Counted from the first letter of the stretch, positions 40,962-51,009 are shown. The stretch: DNA of 64,000 bases from Bacteroidales bacterium (GCA_041686375.1 JAWLEB010000001.1:73997-137996), one strand, 5' to 3'. Notes: generated from the letters alone by a model not told the origin. Numbers and translations: made by a program.

Positions 40962-41269
40962 AATATTAGCTTGTTGTAAAAGTATTATAGTATTCTCAAT
41001 TATGCAATTTGTTTTTTATATCTTAACACTAGTTAACATAGTTTCTGTTTTGTGACTTACCCTGAAATTGATGCATGATTATTATTGATTTTACAAACTT
41101 CTTTTTTTGTTTAATTTTGTCAGCAAAGAAAAAAGGAATTTAGAAAAATTATTCATCATCAGCTAAAAAATGGTAGATTTTCCGCTTTTGGTAGAATTAC
41201 TGCCTTCGGCGGACAAACATCTGTAAATAAAATATTTAAAAATAAACATATTAATTTAAAAATATAGCT

Positions 41270-42082
41270 ATGAGTATAAAAGATGACATTGTACAGATAT
41301 GGAATAATCGTGAATTGTTGAAGGAAGAAAAATACCGAAGGATAATTCGGGAGGTGATAGAGAAGCTTGACAAGGGCCGTCTCAGAGTGGCGCAGCCTGA
41401 TGGCGAAAAGTGGAAGATAAATGATTGGGTAAAAATGGCTGTTATTCTGTATTTTCCTATTCAGGAAATGCAGAAAATTCAAGTTCCTCCGTTTGAGTTT
41501 TATGATAAAATAGGATTGAAGAAGGATTATGACAAGATTGGTGCTCGTGTTGTGCCCCATGCAATAGCCCGTTATGGATCATTTTTGGCTGGTAATGTGA
41601 TTATGATGCCTTCTTATGTTAATATTGGTGCTTATGTTGATAGCGGTAGTATGATTGACACATGGGCAACTGTGGGTTCCTGTGCACAAATTGGGAAAAA
41701 TGTTCATATTAGTGGAGGCGTTGGAATAGGAGGAGTGTTAGAACCTGTTCAGGCAGCGCCTGTCATTATTGAAGACAATTGCTTTATCGGTTCACGATCA
41801 ATTATTGTTGAAGGAATACGGGTAAAAAAAGAAGTGGTAATAGGAGCCAATGTGACAATTACGAAATCTACTCACATAATCGATGTTTCTCAGGATACTC
41901 CGGTTACTTTGCATGGAGAAATCCCGGAAAGAGCTGTTGTAATTCCGGGGAGCTATACAAAGAAGTTTCCTGCAGGTGAATATCAAGTGCAATGCGCATT
42001 GATTATTGGAAGGAGAAAAGTGTCCACAGATGTAAAAACTTCTCTGAATGATGCTCTCCGAGAATTTAATGTTCCTGTTTAA
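41270..42082 (+). CDS. dapD: 2,3,4,5-tetrahydropyridine-2,6-dicarboxylate N-succinyltransferase
   Basis: Left-handed beta-helix hexapeptide repeats (..GAYVDSGSMIDTWATVGSCAQIGKNVHISGGVGIGGVLEP..). 270 aa, with a DapD-type N-domain. Confidence 0.85.
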   Translation: MSIKDDIVQIWNNRELLKEEKYRRIIREVIEKLDKGRLRVAQPDGEKWKINDWVKMAVILYFPIQEMQKIQVPPFEFYDKIGLKKDYDKIGARVVPHAIARYGSFLAGNVIMMPSYVNIGAYVDSGSMIDTWATVGSCAQIGKNVHISGGVGIGGVLEPVQAAPVIIEDNCFIGSRSIIVEGIRVKKEVVIGANVTITKSTHIIDVSQDTPVTLHGEIPERAVVIPGSYTKKFPAGEYQVQCALIIGRRKVSTDVKTSLNDALREFNVPV

Positions 42083-42236
42083 AAAATTTTTTAAAGAATG
42101 AAATTTTCATTCACTAATGTAGACAATAAGACGATGCATAAAACATGGGGCTTCTATGGGCTGCAGAATCAAAAAAATACTGACTTTAGTAGTAATAACC
42201 CTCAGGGTGAGAAACTAATAATCTAACTTTATCCAA

Positions 42237-43364
42237 ATGAATATAGGTTTTGATGCCAAGCGTGCATTTTTTAATAAGAGTGGTCTTGGCAATTACAGTA
42301 GAAGTACAGTCCAATTGTTGAGCAAATATTATCCTGATAATTCTTATTTTTTGTATACACCCAAATTTTCTGAGGCTAATAATGAATTTATCGATAGTTC
42401 AAACATACATGTGAGAACACCCCGGCAATGTTTTTTCCGTGCCTTCAATCCATACTGGCGGAGCTATAGGATGGCTTGTGATTTTAAATATGATGATATA
42501 GATCTGTTTCATGGCCTAAGCAACGAATTACCCATGAATATCCGGAAAAGTAATGTCAAGTCAGTCCTTACGGTTCATGATCTGATTTTTATGCGATACC
42601 CTACATTATATAAAAAGGTTGACCGTTGGATATATGAGAAAAAGTTTAAGCTGAGCTGTCAGAGGGCTAATACAGTAATTGCCGTAAGTCAGCAAACAAA
42701 AGATGATCTCATTCATTATTTTAAAATAGAGGAAGATAAGATTAGGGTGGTTTATCAAGGATGTAATCCTATTTTTTATGATGCAAAAACAGAGGCGGAG
42801 AAAAATAAACTAAAACAAAAGTATAATCTTCCCGAATCATTTTTATTATATGTAGGTACAATCGAAGAACGAAAAAACGCCTTAGGTATAGTCAAAGCAC
42901 TTCATGAGGGTGGTATTGACATCCCTCTTGTTCTTGTTGGGAAACCTACCGCCTACAAGCGCAGAATTGAGCAATATATAGCTGATAAGAACGTAAAGAA
43001 TGATATCCGCTTTTTTTCGGAGATACCCTATGAGGAATTACCTGTTTTTTATCAATTGTCAAGTGCTTTTATTTATCCTTCATTTTTTGAAGGTTTTGGG
43101 ATACCCATCCTTGAAGCGTTGAATTCAGGAGTACCTGTGATAACATCCAGCGGAGGATGTTTCCATGAAACAGGAGGTCCAGCTTCTATGTATGTTGAGC
43201 CTTCCAGTACAGAAGAAATTGCGAATGCTATAAGGAAAGTTTTATTTGATGATCAACTGAGGCAAGTTATGAAGGAAAAGGGTTTCGCACATGCTATGAA
43301 ATTTAGGGATGGAAATGTTGCTAAGGCAATGATGCAAGCTTATCTCGACACCTTTAAAAAATAA
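42237..43364 (+). CDS. Glycosyltransferase, GT4 family
   Basis: C-terminal motif FFEGFGIPILEALNSGVPVITSSGG. Confidence 0.85.
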   Translation: MNIGFDAKRAFFNKSGLGNYSRSTVQLLSKYYPDNSYFLYTPKFSEANNEFIDSSNIHVRTPRQCFFRAFNPYWRSYRMACDFKYDDIDLFHGLSNELPMNIRKSNVKSVLTVHDLIFMRYPTLYKKVDRWIYEKKFKLSCQRANTVIAVSQQTKDDLIHYFKIEEDKIRVVYQGCNPIFYDAKTEAEKNKLKQKYNLPESFLLYVGTIEERKNALGIVKALHEGGIDIPLVLVGKPTAYKRRIEQYIADKNVKNDIRFFSEIPYEELPVFYQLSSAFIYPSFFEGFGIPILEALNSGVPVITSSGGCFHETGGPASMYVEPSSTEEIANAIRKVLFDDQLRQVMKEKGFAHAMKFRDGNVAKAMMQAYLDTFKK

Positions 43365-43394
43365 CCGATTACTATGAATTTTGAATATAAAAGG

Positions 43395-43436
43395 CTCAAT
43401 AAAAAATCCCGCTGTTTGGCGGGATTTTTTATTGAG
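43395..43436. terminator. Perfect 18-bp palindromic bidirectional terminator between GT4 gene and tonB
   Basis: CTCAATAAAAAATCCCGC (43395-43412) - tgtttg - GCGGGATTTTTTATTGAG (43419-43436). A/T runs sit on both arms and it lies between convergent stops. Confidence 0.85.
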
Positions 43437-43441
43437 TTATT

Positions 43442-44128
43442 CTATTGTAATTGAAATACAATCGGAATAGTAAACTGTACCCTTACTGGTTTACCTCTTT
43501 GTTTCCCAGGTTCCCATTCTGGTGCATCTCTAATGGCTCTTACGGCTTCTTCATCCAGAGCAGGGTCAACTCCTCTTAATACTTCTACATTTGATATGGA
43601 TCCATCTTGATCGACAACGAATTTTACAAAAACAGTACCTTCAATACCATTTTCAGCAGCTACAGTTGGATATTTGAGATTTTCCTGGATATAATTCCTG
43701 AAACCTCCAATTCCGCCGCCTCGGAATTCCGGCATATCTTCAACTTTCATAAAGACCTGGTTTTCCTCTTCTTCCTCTTCCTCCTCATCACTGAATGAAT
43801 CGTAGGAAGTTTCAGTTTCCTGGTCAGCTTCAGTCTCTTCCAACATAAGTTCGTCCTCAATTTCAACATCATCATCTACAATGTTGATTTGTTCTGTACT
43901 TTGGGGTGGAGGTGGAGGTGGCTCTTTTTGCTGTTCCTGTCTGGTTACAGGTACTTCTTCCTGTTCAACCTCCTCTTCTTCCCCGCCAGTAAAGGAGTCA
44001 TTTTGTGAGGGTTGTGTTGTCCACTCAAATGCTAAAAGCACTAATCCAAGTGCTACAACAAAACCTATCTCGAGGAAGAGGCTTTTTTTCTTTTCTAAAT
44101 CGGCTTTTGGTGACTTTTTAACTTCCAT
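43442..44128 (-). CDS. tonB: Energy transducer TonB
   Basis: N-terminal TM anchor, acidic and Pro-rich spacer (EPPPPPPQ), and C-terminal TonB domain YPTVAAENGIEGTVFVKFVVDQDGSISNVEVL. Confidence 0.85.
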   Translation of the reverse strand: MEVKKSPKADLEKKKSLFLEIGFVVALGLVLLAFEWTTQPSQNDSFTGGEEEEVEQEEVPVTRQEQQKEPPPPPPQSTEQINIVDDDVEIEDELMLEETEADQETETSYDSFSDEEEEEEEENQVFMKVEDMPEFRGGGIGGFRNYIQENLKYPTVAAENGIEGTVFVKFVVDQDGSISNVEVLRGVDPALDEEAVRAIRDAPEWEPGKQRGKPVRVQFTIPIVFQLQ

Positions 44129-44280
44129 ATATTTAATATTTTTGCTGGGCTAAAATTAAATAATTATTCGTTTATTATCAAAATATATTAAAAAATTAAT
44201 GTATGATTTTTATTATTTTTAAGTAGCTATTTGTTAATTAGCTTTTTATAATTTAACGAGATTATTTTGTATAATATTTT

Positions 44281-44297
44281 AGAAACTGTTTTGATTT
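44281..44297. repeat. Inverted 17-nt copy (agaaactgttttgattt) of the 23-nt repeat
   Basis: Exact reverse complement of 44372-44388, separated from it by 74 nt. Confidence 0.8.
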
Positions 44298-44367
44298 TGT
44301 TCTACTTTAACAAATTAGTTTTATATGCAAAATATCATCTTCAAAATTTGGTAAAGCAAAATTTCTA

Positions 44368-44390
44368 AAAGAAATCAAAACAGTTTCTTA
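44368..44390. repeat. 23-nt exact repeat copy 2, includes the stop codon of the alanine-dehydrogenase-family gene
   Basis: Identical to 4430-4452. Confidence 0.85.
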
Positions 44391-45608
44391 GAAAGCAGCC
44401 ATTAAAAGATCAATATCTCTTGATGGAATGTCAAAATGCTTTCCAATTTGATTGCTTGTCAATATGCCATTGTAAATATAAACTCCGTTTCTTAGTCCTC
44501 TGTTTTCTTTCAAGAAGTTTATGATACCTCCGTATTCTCCCGTTTTAACCAAGAGTGGGCAGAATACATTACTTAATGCGATTGAAGCTGTGCGTCCAAC
44601 TCTGGATGCTATATTCGGAACACAATAATGAATGACTCCGTGCTTGATATATGCGGGATTGTCGATTGTCCTGGTTTCAGATGTTTCCAGGCAACCTCCC
44701 TGATCGATACTTAAGTCAACTATGACGGAGCCTTCTTTCATCTGTTTTATCATGTCTTCGTTAATCAGTATTCTGGGCTGATCATCTTTGTGATACATTG
44801 CTCCAATAACTGCATCTGCCGACTGTAGATCTTTCATAAATACACTTGGATGAAAAACTGAACTATACAATCGCGTTGATATTCTTTTCTGTAGCCTTCT
44901 TAGCTTAATAAGAGAATGGTCAAAAATTTTCAATGATGCTCCCAGTCCTAAGGCTGCCCGTGCTGCATATTCTGCGGCTGTTCCGGCTCCAAGCACAACG
45001 ATTTCTGTCGGAGTGATGCCTGTTACGCCTCCCAGCATAACACCTTTTCCATTGCGTGATTTACTTAGATATTCAGAAGCGACAAGAATTGCGGTTGTTC
45101 CTGCAATTTCACTCATGGCTCTACGGACAGGGAAACTATTATCTTCATCTTTTAAATATTCAAAAGCTATTGCAATAATTTTTTTTTGCATCATTTTTCT
45201 GATACATCGCTTATCCTGCTGGGGGAGGTTCAAGCTTGTAATGACTAACTGATCCCCTCTTAGCAAGTCTATGTCTTCCTCTGTCAAAGGTGAAATTCGT
45301 AAAATGATGTCACATTGATATACCTGATTCTTACTATCTACAATAAATCCCCCTTTTTCGCTGTAATCTGTATCTTTGTATTTAGCTTCTTTGCCGGCAT
45401 CGTTTTCAATAATTACTTCGTGTCCCTGGTTAACTAATAATTCAACTGCTTCCGGAGTTAAAGCAACTCTGCTTTCAATGTTCTGATTGTCTTTAGGCAT
45501 CCCAATTAATAATTTTGAGCTTTTTCGGCCTATTTCGAGCATTTCTTCTTTAGGAAATAATCCCGTATTGCTGAATGGAATATTGTGAGAAACCCCTCTT
45601 TTACTCAT
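44388..45608 (-). CDS. Alanine dehydrogenase / PNT-family NAD(H)-dependent dehydrogenase
   Basis: AlaDH/PNT N-domain (ESRVALTPEAV), Rossmann motif VVLGAGTAAEYAARAA, IVDLSIDQGG. Confidence 0.7.
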   Translation of the reverse strand: MSKRGVSHNIPFSNTGLFPKEEMLEIGRKSSKLLIGMPKDNQNIESRVALTPEAVELLVNQGHEVIIENDAGKEAKYKDTDYSEKGGFIVDSKNQVYQCDIILRISPLTEEDIDLLRGDQLVITSLNLPQQDKRCIRKMMQKKIIAIAFEYLKDEDNSFPVRRAMSEIAGTTAILVASEYLSKSRNGKGVMLGGVTGITPTEIVVLGAGTAAEYAARAALGLGASLKIFDHSLIKLRRLQKRISTRLYSSVFHPSVFMKDLQSADAVIGAMYHKDDQPRILINEDMIKQMKEGSVIVDLSIDQGGCLETSETRTIDNPAYIKHGVIHYCVPNIASRVGRTASIALSNVFCPLLVKTGEYGGIINFLKENRGLRNGVYIYNGILTSNQIGKHFDIPSRDIDLLMAAF

Positions 45609-45647
45609 ATGTTAATTTTTTAAGGTATTACAAAGTCTGTTTGTCCA

Positions 45648-46061
45648 TTAAAATTGAACAGTCCGTTTCCCTTCTTTCCCTTCTTCTATTTTTACGAATA
45701 GAATGTCGTCCGGTAAAATCCCTTCTATTTTTTCCGGCCATTCAATAAAACAATAGTTGTGTGTATAAAAATAGTCCTCTAAACCTATATCTTGAGCTTC
45801 ACTAATATTTTCTATTCGGTAGAAGTCCATATGAAATATTTTTTCCCCTGATTCTGTTTGGTATTCATTTATCAATGAGAAGGTAGGACTACTAACTATA
45901 TCTATTACCTCCAGTTCATTGCAAAGCGCTTTAATGAATGTAGTTTTACCAGCCCCCATATTCCCGTAAAAAGCAAATTTTCTTTTGCCTTTTGTATGAG
46001 ACAGGAACTTTTCTGCTGTTATAGAAAGCTCATTTAATGTATTTAATTCTAGTCTTTCCAT
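45648..46061 (-). CDS. tsaE: tRNA threonylcarbamoyladenosine biosynthesis ATPase TsaE
   Basis: Walker A GNMGAGKTTF and SPTFSLINEY. 137 aa. Confidence 0.9.
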   Translation of the reverse strand: MERLELNTLNELSITAEKFLSHTKGKRKFAFYGNMGAGKTTFIKALCNELEVIDIVSSPTFSLINEYQTESGEKIFHMDFYRIENISEAQDIGLEDYFYTHNYCFIEWPEKIEGILPDDILFVKIEEGKEGKRTVQF

Positions 46062-46079
46062 TTCTTTAATGTAAGCAAA

Positions 46080-47645
46080 TTACATTTTTGGATTTAAAAT
46101 TACAAATGGAATCATCATTTCTTCCATGGATATCCCCCCATGTTGAAAGGTGTTTTTGTAATAATTGACAAAATAATTGTAATTATTTGGATATACGAGG
46201 TAATTCTGGTTTGTTGCGAAAATATATTTAGAGCTTACATGTCTTTTAGGAAGGTGGATCTTATAAGGATCTTCAGTCTCAAAAACTTGCCCTTTTTTAT
46301 AGGATAGGTTTTTACCTGTTTTGTATCTCAGGTTTACAGATGTATTGCGATCGCCTATTACTTTTATCGGATTTTGAACCTGGATACTGCCATGATCTGT
46401 GGTAATAATGACTTTAATATTTTTTTTGTCTGACAGGCTTTTTAATAAAGCTAATAAAGGAGAGTGCTTGAACCACGATAAAGTTAAAGTTCTGAATGCG
46501 GATTCATTATTAGCCAGTTCTTTTATTACCTCCATTTCAGTCTTTGAATGGGATAACATATCTATATAATTAAAGATTAGAACAGATAAATTATAATTGA
46601 ACAAATCCGTTATATTCTGGAGGATTTTTTTTCCTGTTTTGGCATGGTTAATTTTTTCATAAAAGAATTTAATGTTGTGCCCTGAACGTTCAATTTGTTT
46701 TTTAAGCAATTCTTTTTCTTGTAAATTTTTTCCGCCCATTTCTTCATCGTCAAGCCAGAGATTAGCGTATAGTTGAGATATTTCAAGGGGCATTAAGCCT
46801 GCAAACATTGAATTTCTGGAATATTGAGTTGCTGTTGGCAGAATACTTGAGTAGATTTCTTCTTTTTCAATTGAATAATATTCATTGATATATGGCATTA
46901 TTACTTTCCAGTGATCATAGCGGAAGTTGTCAATCAATAACATGATTACTTTCTCCTCGTTCATCACTAGAGGGAAAATCCTTTCCTTGAAAAGATTTGG
47001 AGATAAGAGAGGCCTGTCAGCTGCTGTATCTTCGTTAAACCAGTTGTTGTAATTTTTTGTAATATATTTAGTAAATTCATTATTGGCTTCCGTTTTTTGC
47101 ATCTGCAAAACTTCATGCATTCCATCTTCCTGATTATCTGATAGTTCTAGTTCCCAGTATACAATTCGTTTGTAAATATCAACCCAGCCATTCCATGATT
47201 TTGCCTGGGCTATTAAACCACTCAATTCTTGAAATTGCGATTGATAAGCGGATATGGATTTTGCCGAGATTAATTTATTAAATTCTGTGTTTTTTTTAAT
47301 TGTAGATAGAATTTGTTTCGGGTTAACTGGTTTGATCAGGTAATCATCAATTTTTGAACCTATAGCTTCTTCCATTATATCTTCTTCTTCACTTTTGGTT
47401 ATCATGACAACCGGGATATTTGGTTGTATGGATTTAATTATCCCAAGAGCTTCAATTCCACTTGTTCCTGGCATATGTTCATCCAAAAAGATGATGTCAT
47501 AAGAATTGTTGTTAATTTTTTCTATTGCATCATCGCCGTTGGTTGTAGTCGATACATGATAACCTTTTTCCTCCAGAAACAAAATGTGAGGTTTTAATAG
47601 ATCAATTTCATCGTCTACCCATAGTATTTTTATTTCTTTCATCAT
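46080..47645 (-). CDS. porX: CheY-receiver / PglZ (alkaline-phosphatase-like) response regulator, PorX-like
   Basis: Receiver domain KILWVDDE...IIFLDEHMPG...IKP, followed by a PglZ-type domain (LIDNFRYDHW, TDHGS). The ~520-aa architecture equals the T9SS regulator PorX. Confidence 0.7.
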   Translation of the reverse strand: MMKEIKILWVDDEIDLLKPHILFLEEKGYHVSTTTNGDDAIEKINNNSYDIIFLDEHMPGTSGIEALGIIKSIQPNIPVVMITKSEEEDIMEEAIGSKIDDYLIKPVNPKQILSTIKKNTEFNKLISAKSISAYQSQFQELSGLIAQAKSWNGWVDIYKRIVYWELELSDNQEDGMHEVLQMQKTEANNEFTKYITKNYNNWFNEDTAADRPLLSPNLFKERIFPLVMNEEKVIMLLIDNFRYDHWKVIMPYINEYYSIEKEEIYSSILPTATQYSRNSMFAGLMPLEISQLYANLWLDDEEMGGKNLQEKELLKKQIERSGHNIKFFYEKINHAKTGKKILQNITDLFNYNLSVLIFNYIDMLSHSKTEMEVIKELANNESAFRTLTLSWFKHSPLLALLKSLSDKKNIKVIITTDHGSIQVQNPIKVIGDRNTSVNLRYKTGKNLSYKKGQVFETEDPYKIHLPKRHVSSKYIFATNQNYLVYPNNYNYFVNYYKNTFQHGGISMEEMMIPFVILNPKM

Positions 47646-47710
47646 TTTTTTATTATGTACACATGTAACGTCAACAGGGAATTACTTTCGGTATCTGATG
47701 TCTTACTTTA

Positions 47711-50431
47711 TTAATTGTTTGCTACACTTTTTTGGAAAAAATCCATATATTCCATTACCGATTTATTTTCAAGTAATGTAAGATAATTTTTTACTGAGAT
47801 GTAGAAATAGCTGTAATCTTTAGAATTTACCTCAGAAAAGACCCTGTCTTCCCTTTTCTGTAAAGTGCTATAGTACTCCTGAGTTTCTTCCACGTCTTTG
47901 AATCGTTTCACAGTAATAAGTGTTTGATAGTCATTTAGCTCTTTGGTTTCTGTGCTATAATCCTTTTGTAAAAAGTAATCCAGGTTGAAATTAATTAAGT
48001 CAAAATTGAGCCTTCCTATGTCAATGTTTTCTTTATTTATTACGACTACACAATAATAATTATCTTCCTCTCGTATTTTGTATTTACTCTTTTCTTCTTC
48101 GCTTTCCTCTTCAGCTTCTTCTGAATCCTGTGATTGTTTTTCTTGGTTTGCTTTATTAGCAGCAAAGTGTTCTCCTAGTTTTTCAAGTTCGGTTTTATTT
48201 AAATAGGAAAGCATGTCGTTTGCCGTTGAGCCAACTTCTGTGTCGGGATACTCCTTGTTTATTTTCTCCAGCGCTCTCCGATACGATATTATATCTTCTG
48301 TTTGGCCAATGGATAAAGCTTTCAAAAATTCAAAGCGAGCTAAATATTGGGAATCTGAATAATTTTCTTTTGCAAGTTCATCGTTTTGAATGACTTTATT
48401 GAAATTTCCTTTTTTGAAATCTTTTAGTGTACTGGCATAAAAATTCTTTACTTGATTTTGTTCTTCTTCTAATTTTTTAAAATAGTCCGGGTCTTTTAAA
48501 ACTTTGGCATGATTACTCTCTGGGTATTCGGATATTATTTTATTTTTGTAATTTTCTGCCATAGAAGAATTCCCTTGTTCGTTGTATAGTTTGTACAGAT
48601 AATAGAAGCTTGACAATTTATGGAAATGTTCCTTATATCTTTCGTTTAGCTCTTCAAATGTTTCAATTGCTTTTTCATTGTTTCCCAGTTCATTCATATA
48701 GGTCATTCCTACATTGAAATATGCATCCTGAATTTTGTTATGTGAAGCTTCCATGGCTGAATCGGTAAGCGGGAGTTTGTTTATATAATATTGTCTGTCT
48801 GTTCTGGGGAGTTGCTCAGTTGTTGTGTCTTCAACTTCTTTAGGAATTTCTTCTCCAGAGAAGTCAGCAAAATCACCACCCCCTTTCTCTGCTCTTCTCC
48901 AATTGTCTTCAAGCTCTCTTTCACCCCATTTTTGTCTGAAAGATGCCACTCCTCTTTCAGTTGCCGTTTCGCTGTAGAAATACCATTTTGACTGGTCTTG
49001 AAGGTTGTTACGTGTACCTGATGCTTGCCTGCTTGTCTGGCTTAGTTGTTCCTGTCGTTCTTTTTCTTTTTTTGCTCTTTCTTCGTTTTCATATTTAGCA
49101 ATCATATTGTTAATGGCTGAGTTGCGCTCTGAATCATTCATTTGTGCTATCCTCTGAAGGCTATCCTCCATGCGGATTATATTAAGATTACTCACAAGCT
49201 CGCTCAGATTGGTGTTTTTTATATACAAATCTGTATACCCCGGATAATCTTTTTCAAGTGAGGTAACTGCGCTGTCATAGTAGGCCTGAGCGTTTTCATA
49301 TTGTTTTTCTTCAAAGAATATATCTGCCAGCGAGAGGAATGCGAGTCCTTTCTGATTAGGGGTTTTAGAGTTATGTTTTGCTGCAAGTTTATAGTTCTCT
49401 ATTGCTTCATCGGTATGGTTATTATTTTCGGCAATTTTTGCCAGAGCATAATAGATTTGGTCCTTGAATTCAGCATTTTTATCTTCCTTCAGCATTTTTT
49501 CGAGGTCTTTTTTTATCCCTTCATTTTTAATTTCCGCTGAATGTGCAAGTTTTGCTTTTTGAAGTTTAGCGTTAAAATTCATTTCATAATCAGGCTTGAG
49601 CTTTATCACCTGGTCGTAAGTAGCATATGCTTCTTCATGTTGGTCATTTTCCGCGTAAAGTTGGGCTAAAATATAGGTGTACCTGACTTTTTTGCTTTCT
49701 TTTCCGGTCTTATTGATTGCCTTTTTAAGCGGTGGTATGGCTTCCTTTTTTTTGTTTTGCTTCAGGTATAAATCTGCATATGTTGCAAAGAATTCTGCTT
49801 TTATTTTTTTAGGCAGGCTATCTATTTCATCTAAATCCTCTAATGTTTCTTTCCCATCCCGGAACCTTTCTCTTTCGATATAACTTCTTGCAAGCCATAT
49901 ATAAGATTCAAGTACGGTATTATTTTCTTCAAAGTTATTTACTGCATATTCTAATATTTCGGTGGCTGTTGAATAGTCCATTTGCCAAAAATAGGCTTGC
50001 CCCATTAGGAGGTAACTGTCATCGACAAATCTGTTATATTCCGTTTTGTTATAAAATTCTTTTTCTTCCTGAGTGAGTTTTCTTTTATTTTTTAGTTTCT
50101 CTGGTTTTTCTGTGATGGAATGTAAACGAATTACTTTACTGGATTTTTCTATGGTTCTTTCCATTTGAGGGGTTATGCTTTCCGATAATTCCTCATCTCC
50201 GTGTATAAAAATTGGTAGCGTTCTGGTATAGTCGTATTGATAATTTTCAGTATAGCGATCTATTCCTTCTTCAAAACTTTCGTTGCCGTTGAAAAGGATA
50301 TTAAAATAGGCAGTTAGATTATGATATGACCTCCGCAGGGGAGTGTTTTTTTCTGTTCCGCATTGCGAAAACAACACTATAATCCCCACCCCTAATATTA
50401 TGAAGCTGTAAATGTTTTTATTAATCTTCAA
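47711..50431 (-). CDS. TPR-repeat lipoprotein, SprE/PorW-like (T9SS)
   Basis: Lipobox LFSQC and an N-terminal RRSYHNLTAYFNILFNGNESFEEG motif, as I recall for SprE/PorW. Many TPR units and an acidic stretch. 906 aa. The family assignment rests on memory and architecture only. Confidence 0.55.
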   Translation of the reverse strand: MKINKNIYSFIILGVGIIVLFSQCGTEKNTPLRRSYHNLTAYFNILFNGNESFEEGIDRYTENYQYDYTRTLPIFIHGDEELSESITPQMERTIEKSSKVIRLHSITEKPEKLKNKRKLTQEEKEFYNKTEYNRFVDDSYLLMGQAYFWQMDYSTATEILEYAVNNFEENNTVLESYIWLARSYIERERFRDGKETLEDLDEIDSLPKKIKAEFFATYADLYLKQNKKKEAIPPLKKAINKTGKESKKVRYTYILAQLYAENDQHEEAYATYDQVIKLKPDYEMNFNAKLQKAKLAHSAEIKNEGIKKDLEKMLKEDKNAEFKDQIYYALAKIAENNNHTDEAIENYKLAAKHNSKTPNQKGLAFLSLADIFFEEKQYENAQAYYDSAVTSLEKDYPGYTDLYIKNTNLSELVSNLNIIRMEDSLQRIAQMNDSERNSAINNMIAKYENEERAKKEKERQEQLSQTSRQASGTRNNLQDQSKWYFYSETATERGVASFRQKWGERELEDNWRRAEKGGGDFADFSGEEIPKEVEDTTTEQLPRTDRQYYINKLPLTDSAMEASHNKIQDAYFNVGMTYMNELGNNEKAIETFEELNERYKEHFHKLSSFYYLYKLYNEQGNSSMAENYKNKIISEYPESNHAKVLKDPDYFKKLEEEQNQVKNFYASTLKDFKKGNFNKVIQNDELAKENYSDSQYLARFEFLKALSIGQTEDIISYRRALEKINKEYPDTEVGSTANDMLSYLNKTELEKLGEHFAANKANQEKQSQDSEEAEEESEEEKSKYKIREEDNYYCVVVINKENIDIGRLNFDLINFNLDYFLQKDYSTETKELNDYQTLITVKRFKDVEETQEYYSTLQKREDRVFSEVNSKDYSYFYISVKNYLTLLENKSVMEYMDFFQKSVANN

Positions 50432-50752
50432 TTTTTATACCCTTTTTGTAAAATTAACTTAAAAAAGTTAATGTTATTATACCCCTTAGTTGCGAATTTT
50501 TAGAATGCAGAATTAAAAATAATACAGCAACTGTTTAACAGGGAGGGTAATTCAAACACAGATATTACAAGCATTAAGGCCCTATTATGTTATGAAACTC
50601 TTATCCACTATCGTAGACAAAAGCCTATGAATAAACCCGTACCTGTCGGTAGACAAATAAGCATGAAAGTTCGATTTGACCATTAATTAAAAAAATCCAA
50701 ATGAAACATCTTATTAATTATTTTAGATAGCCGTTAACTTAGATTTACAGTA

Positions 50753-50998
50753 TTATGATTGATTTATGGCTACAACTTCTTTAACCTCAGGTATCTCTTT
50801 TTTCAGGGCTTGTTCAACCCCATTTTTTAAAGTAAACATACTAAACGGGCATGTGCCGCATGCTCCTGTAAGTTCAACTTTTACTGTTAAGTCATCCGTA
50901 ATTTCGTGTAATGTTATATCTCCACCATCTGCCAATAAATATGGTCTGATTTTTTCGATGATTTCTTTTATTTTATCGTCCATTTTTTGTTTGTCCAT
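50753..50998 (-). CDS. NifU-like Fe-S cluster domain protein (Nfu C-terminal type)
   Basis: LADGGDITLHE and CxxC motif GACGTCPFS. 81 aa. Confidence 0.85.
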   Translation of the reverse strand: MDKQKMDDKIKEIIEKIRPYLLADGGDITLHEITDDLTVKVELTGACGTCPFSMFTLKNGVEQALKKEIPEVKEVVAINQS

Positions 50999-51009
50999 TT
51001 TTTGACTTT

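Noticed and set aside
40962-41269. Possible lysine riboswitch or leader upstream of dapD.
   Set aside because: Only a tiny GCC/GGC hairpin is visible, with no L-box-like multi-stem structure or conserved core that I can recognise. The region is mostly A/T runs typical of a divergent promoter.
41159-41560. 133-aa minus-strand ORF spanning the dapD start and upstream spacer.
   Set aside because: It overlaps the well-supported dapD N-terminus on the opposite strand. The rest lies in AT-rich intergenic sequence, and the translation is Leu/Ile/Phe/Asn-rich noise.
46080-47645. PglZ domain as a hint of a BREX/PGL phage-defence system.
   Set aside because: The PglZ domain is fused to a CheY receiver in a ~520-aa protein, which is the PorX architecture. 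No BREX partners (PglX methyltransferase, BrxC, BrxL and others) are nearby. The neighbours are tsaE and a TPR lipoprotein.
50432-50752. 320-nt gene-free spacer examined for an ncRNA (tmRNA, RNase P, SRP, 6S) or tRNA. It includes the T-loop-like string gttcgatt near 50670 and a direct repeat gtagacaaa..aagc.
   Set aside because: No flanking complementarity exists for a T-arm or acceptor stem. No GAGGAAAGTCC (RNase P), SRP or tmRNA signature is present. It is most simply the nfu terminator plus the promoter region of the TPR lipoprotein gene.
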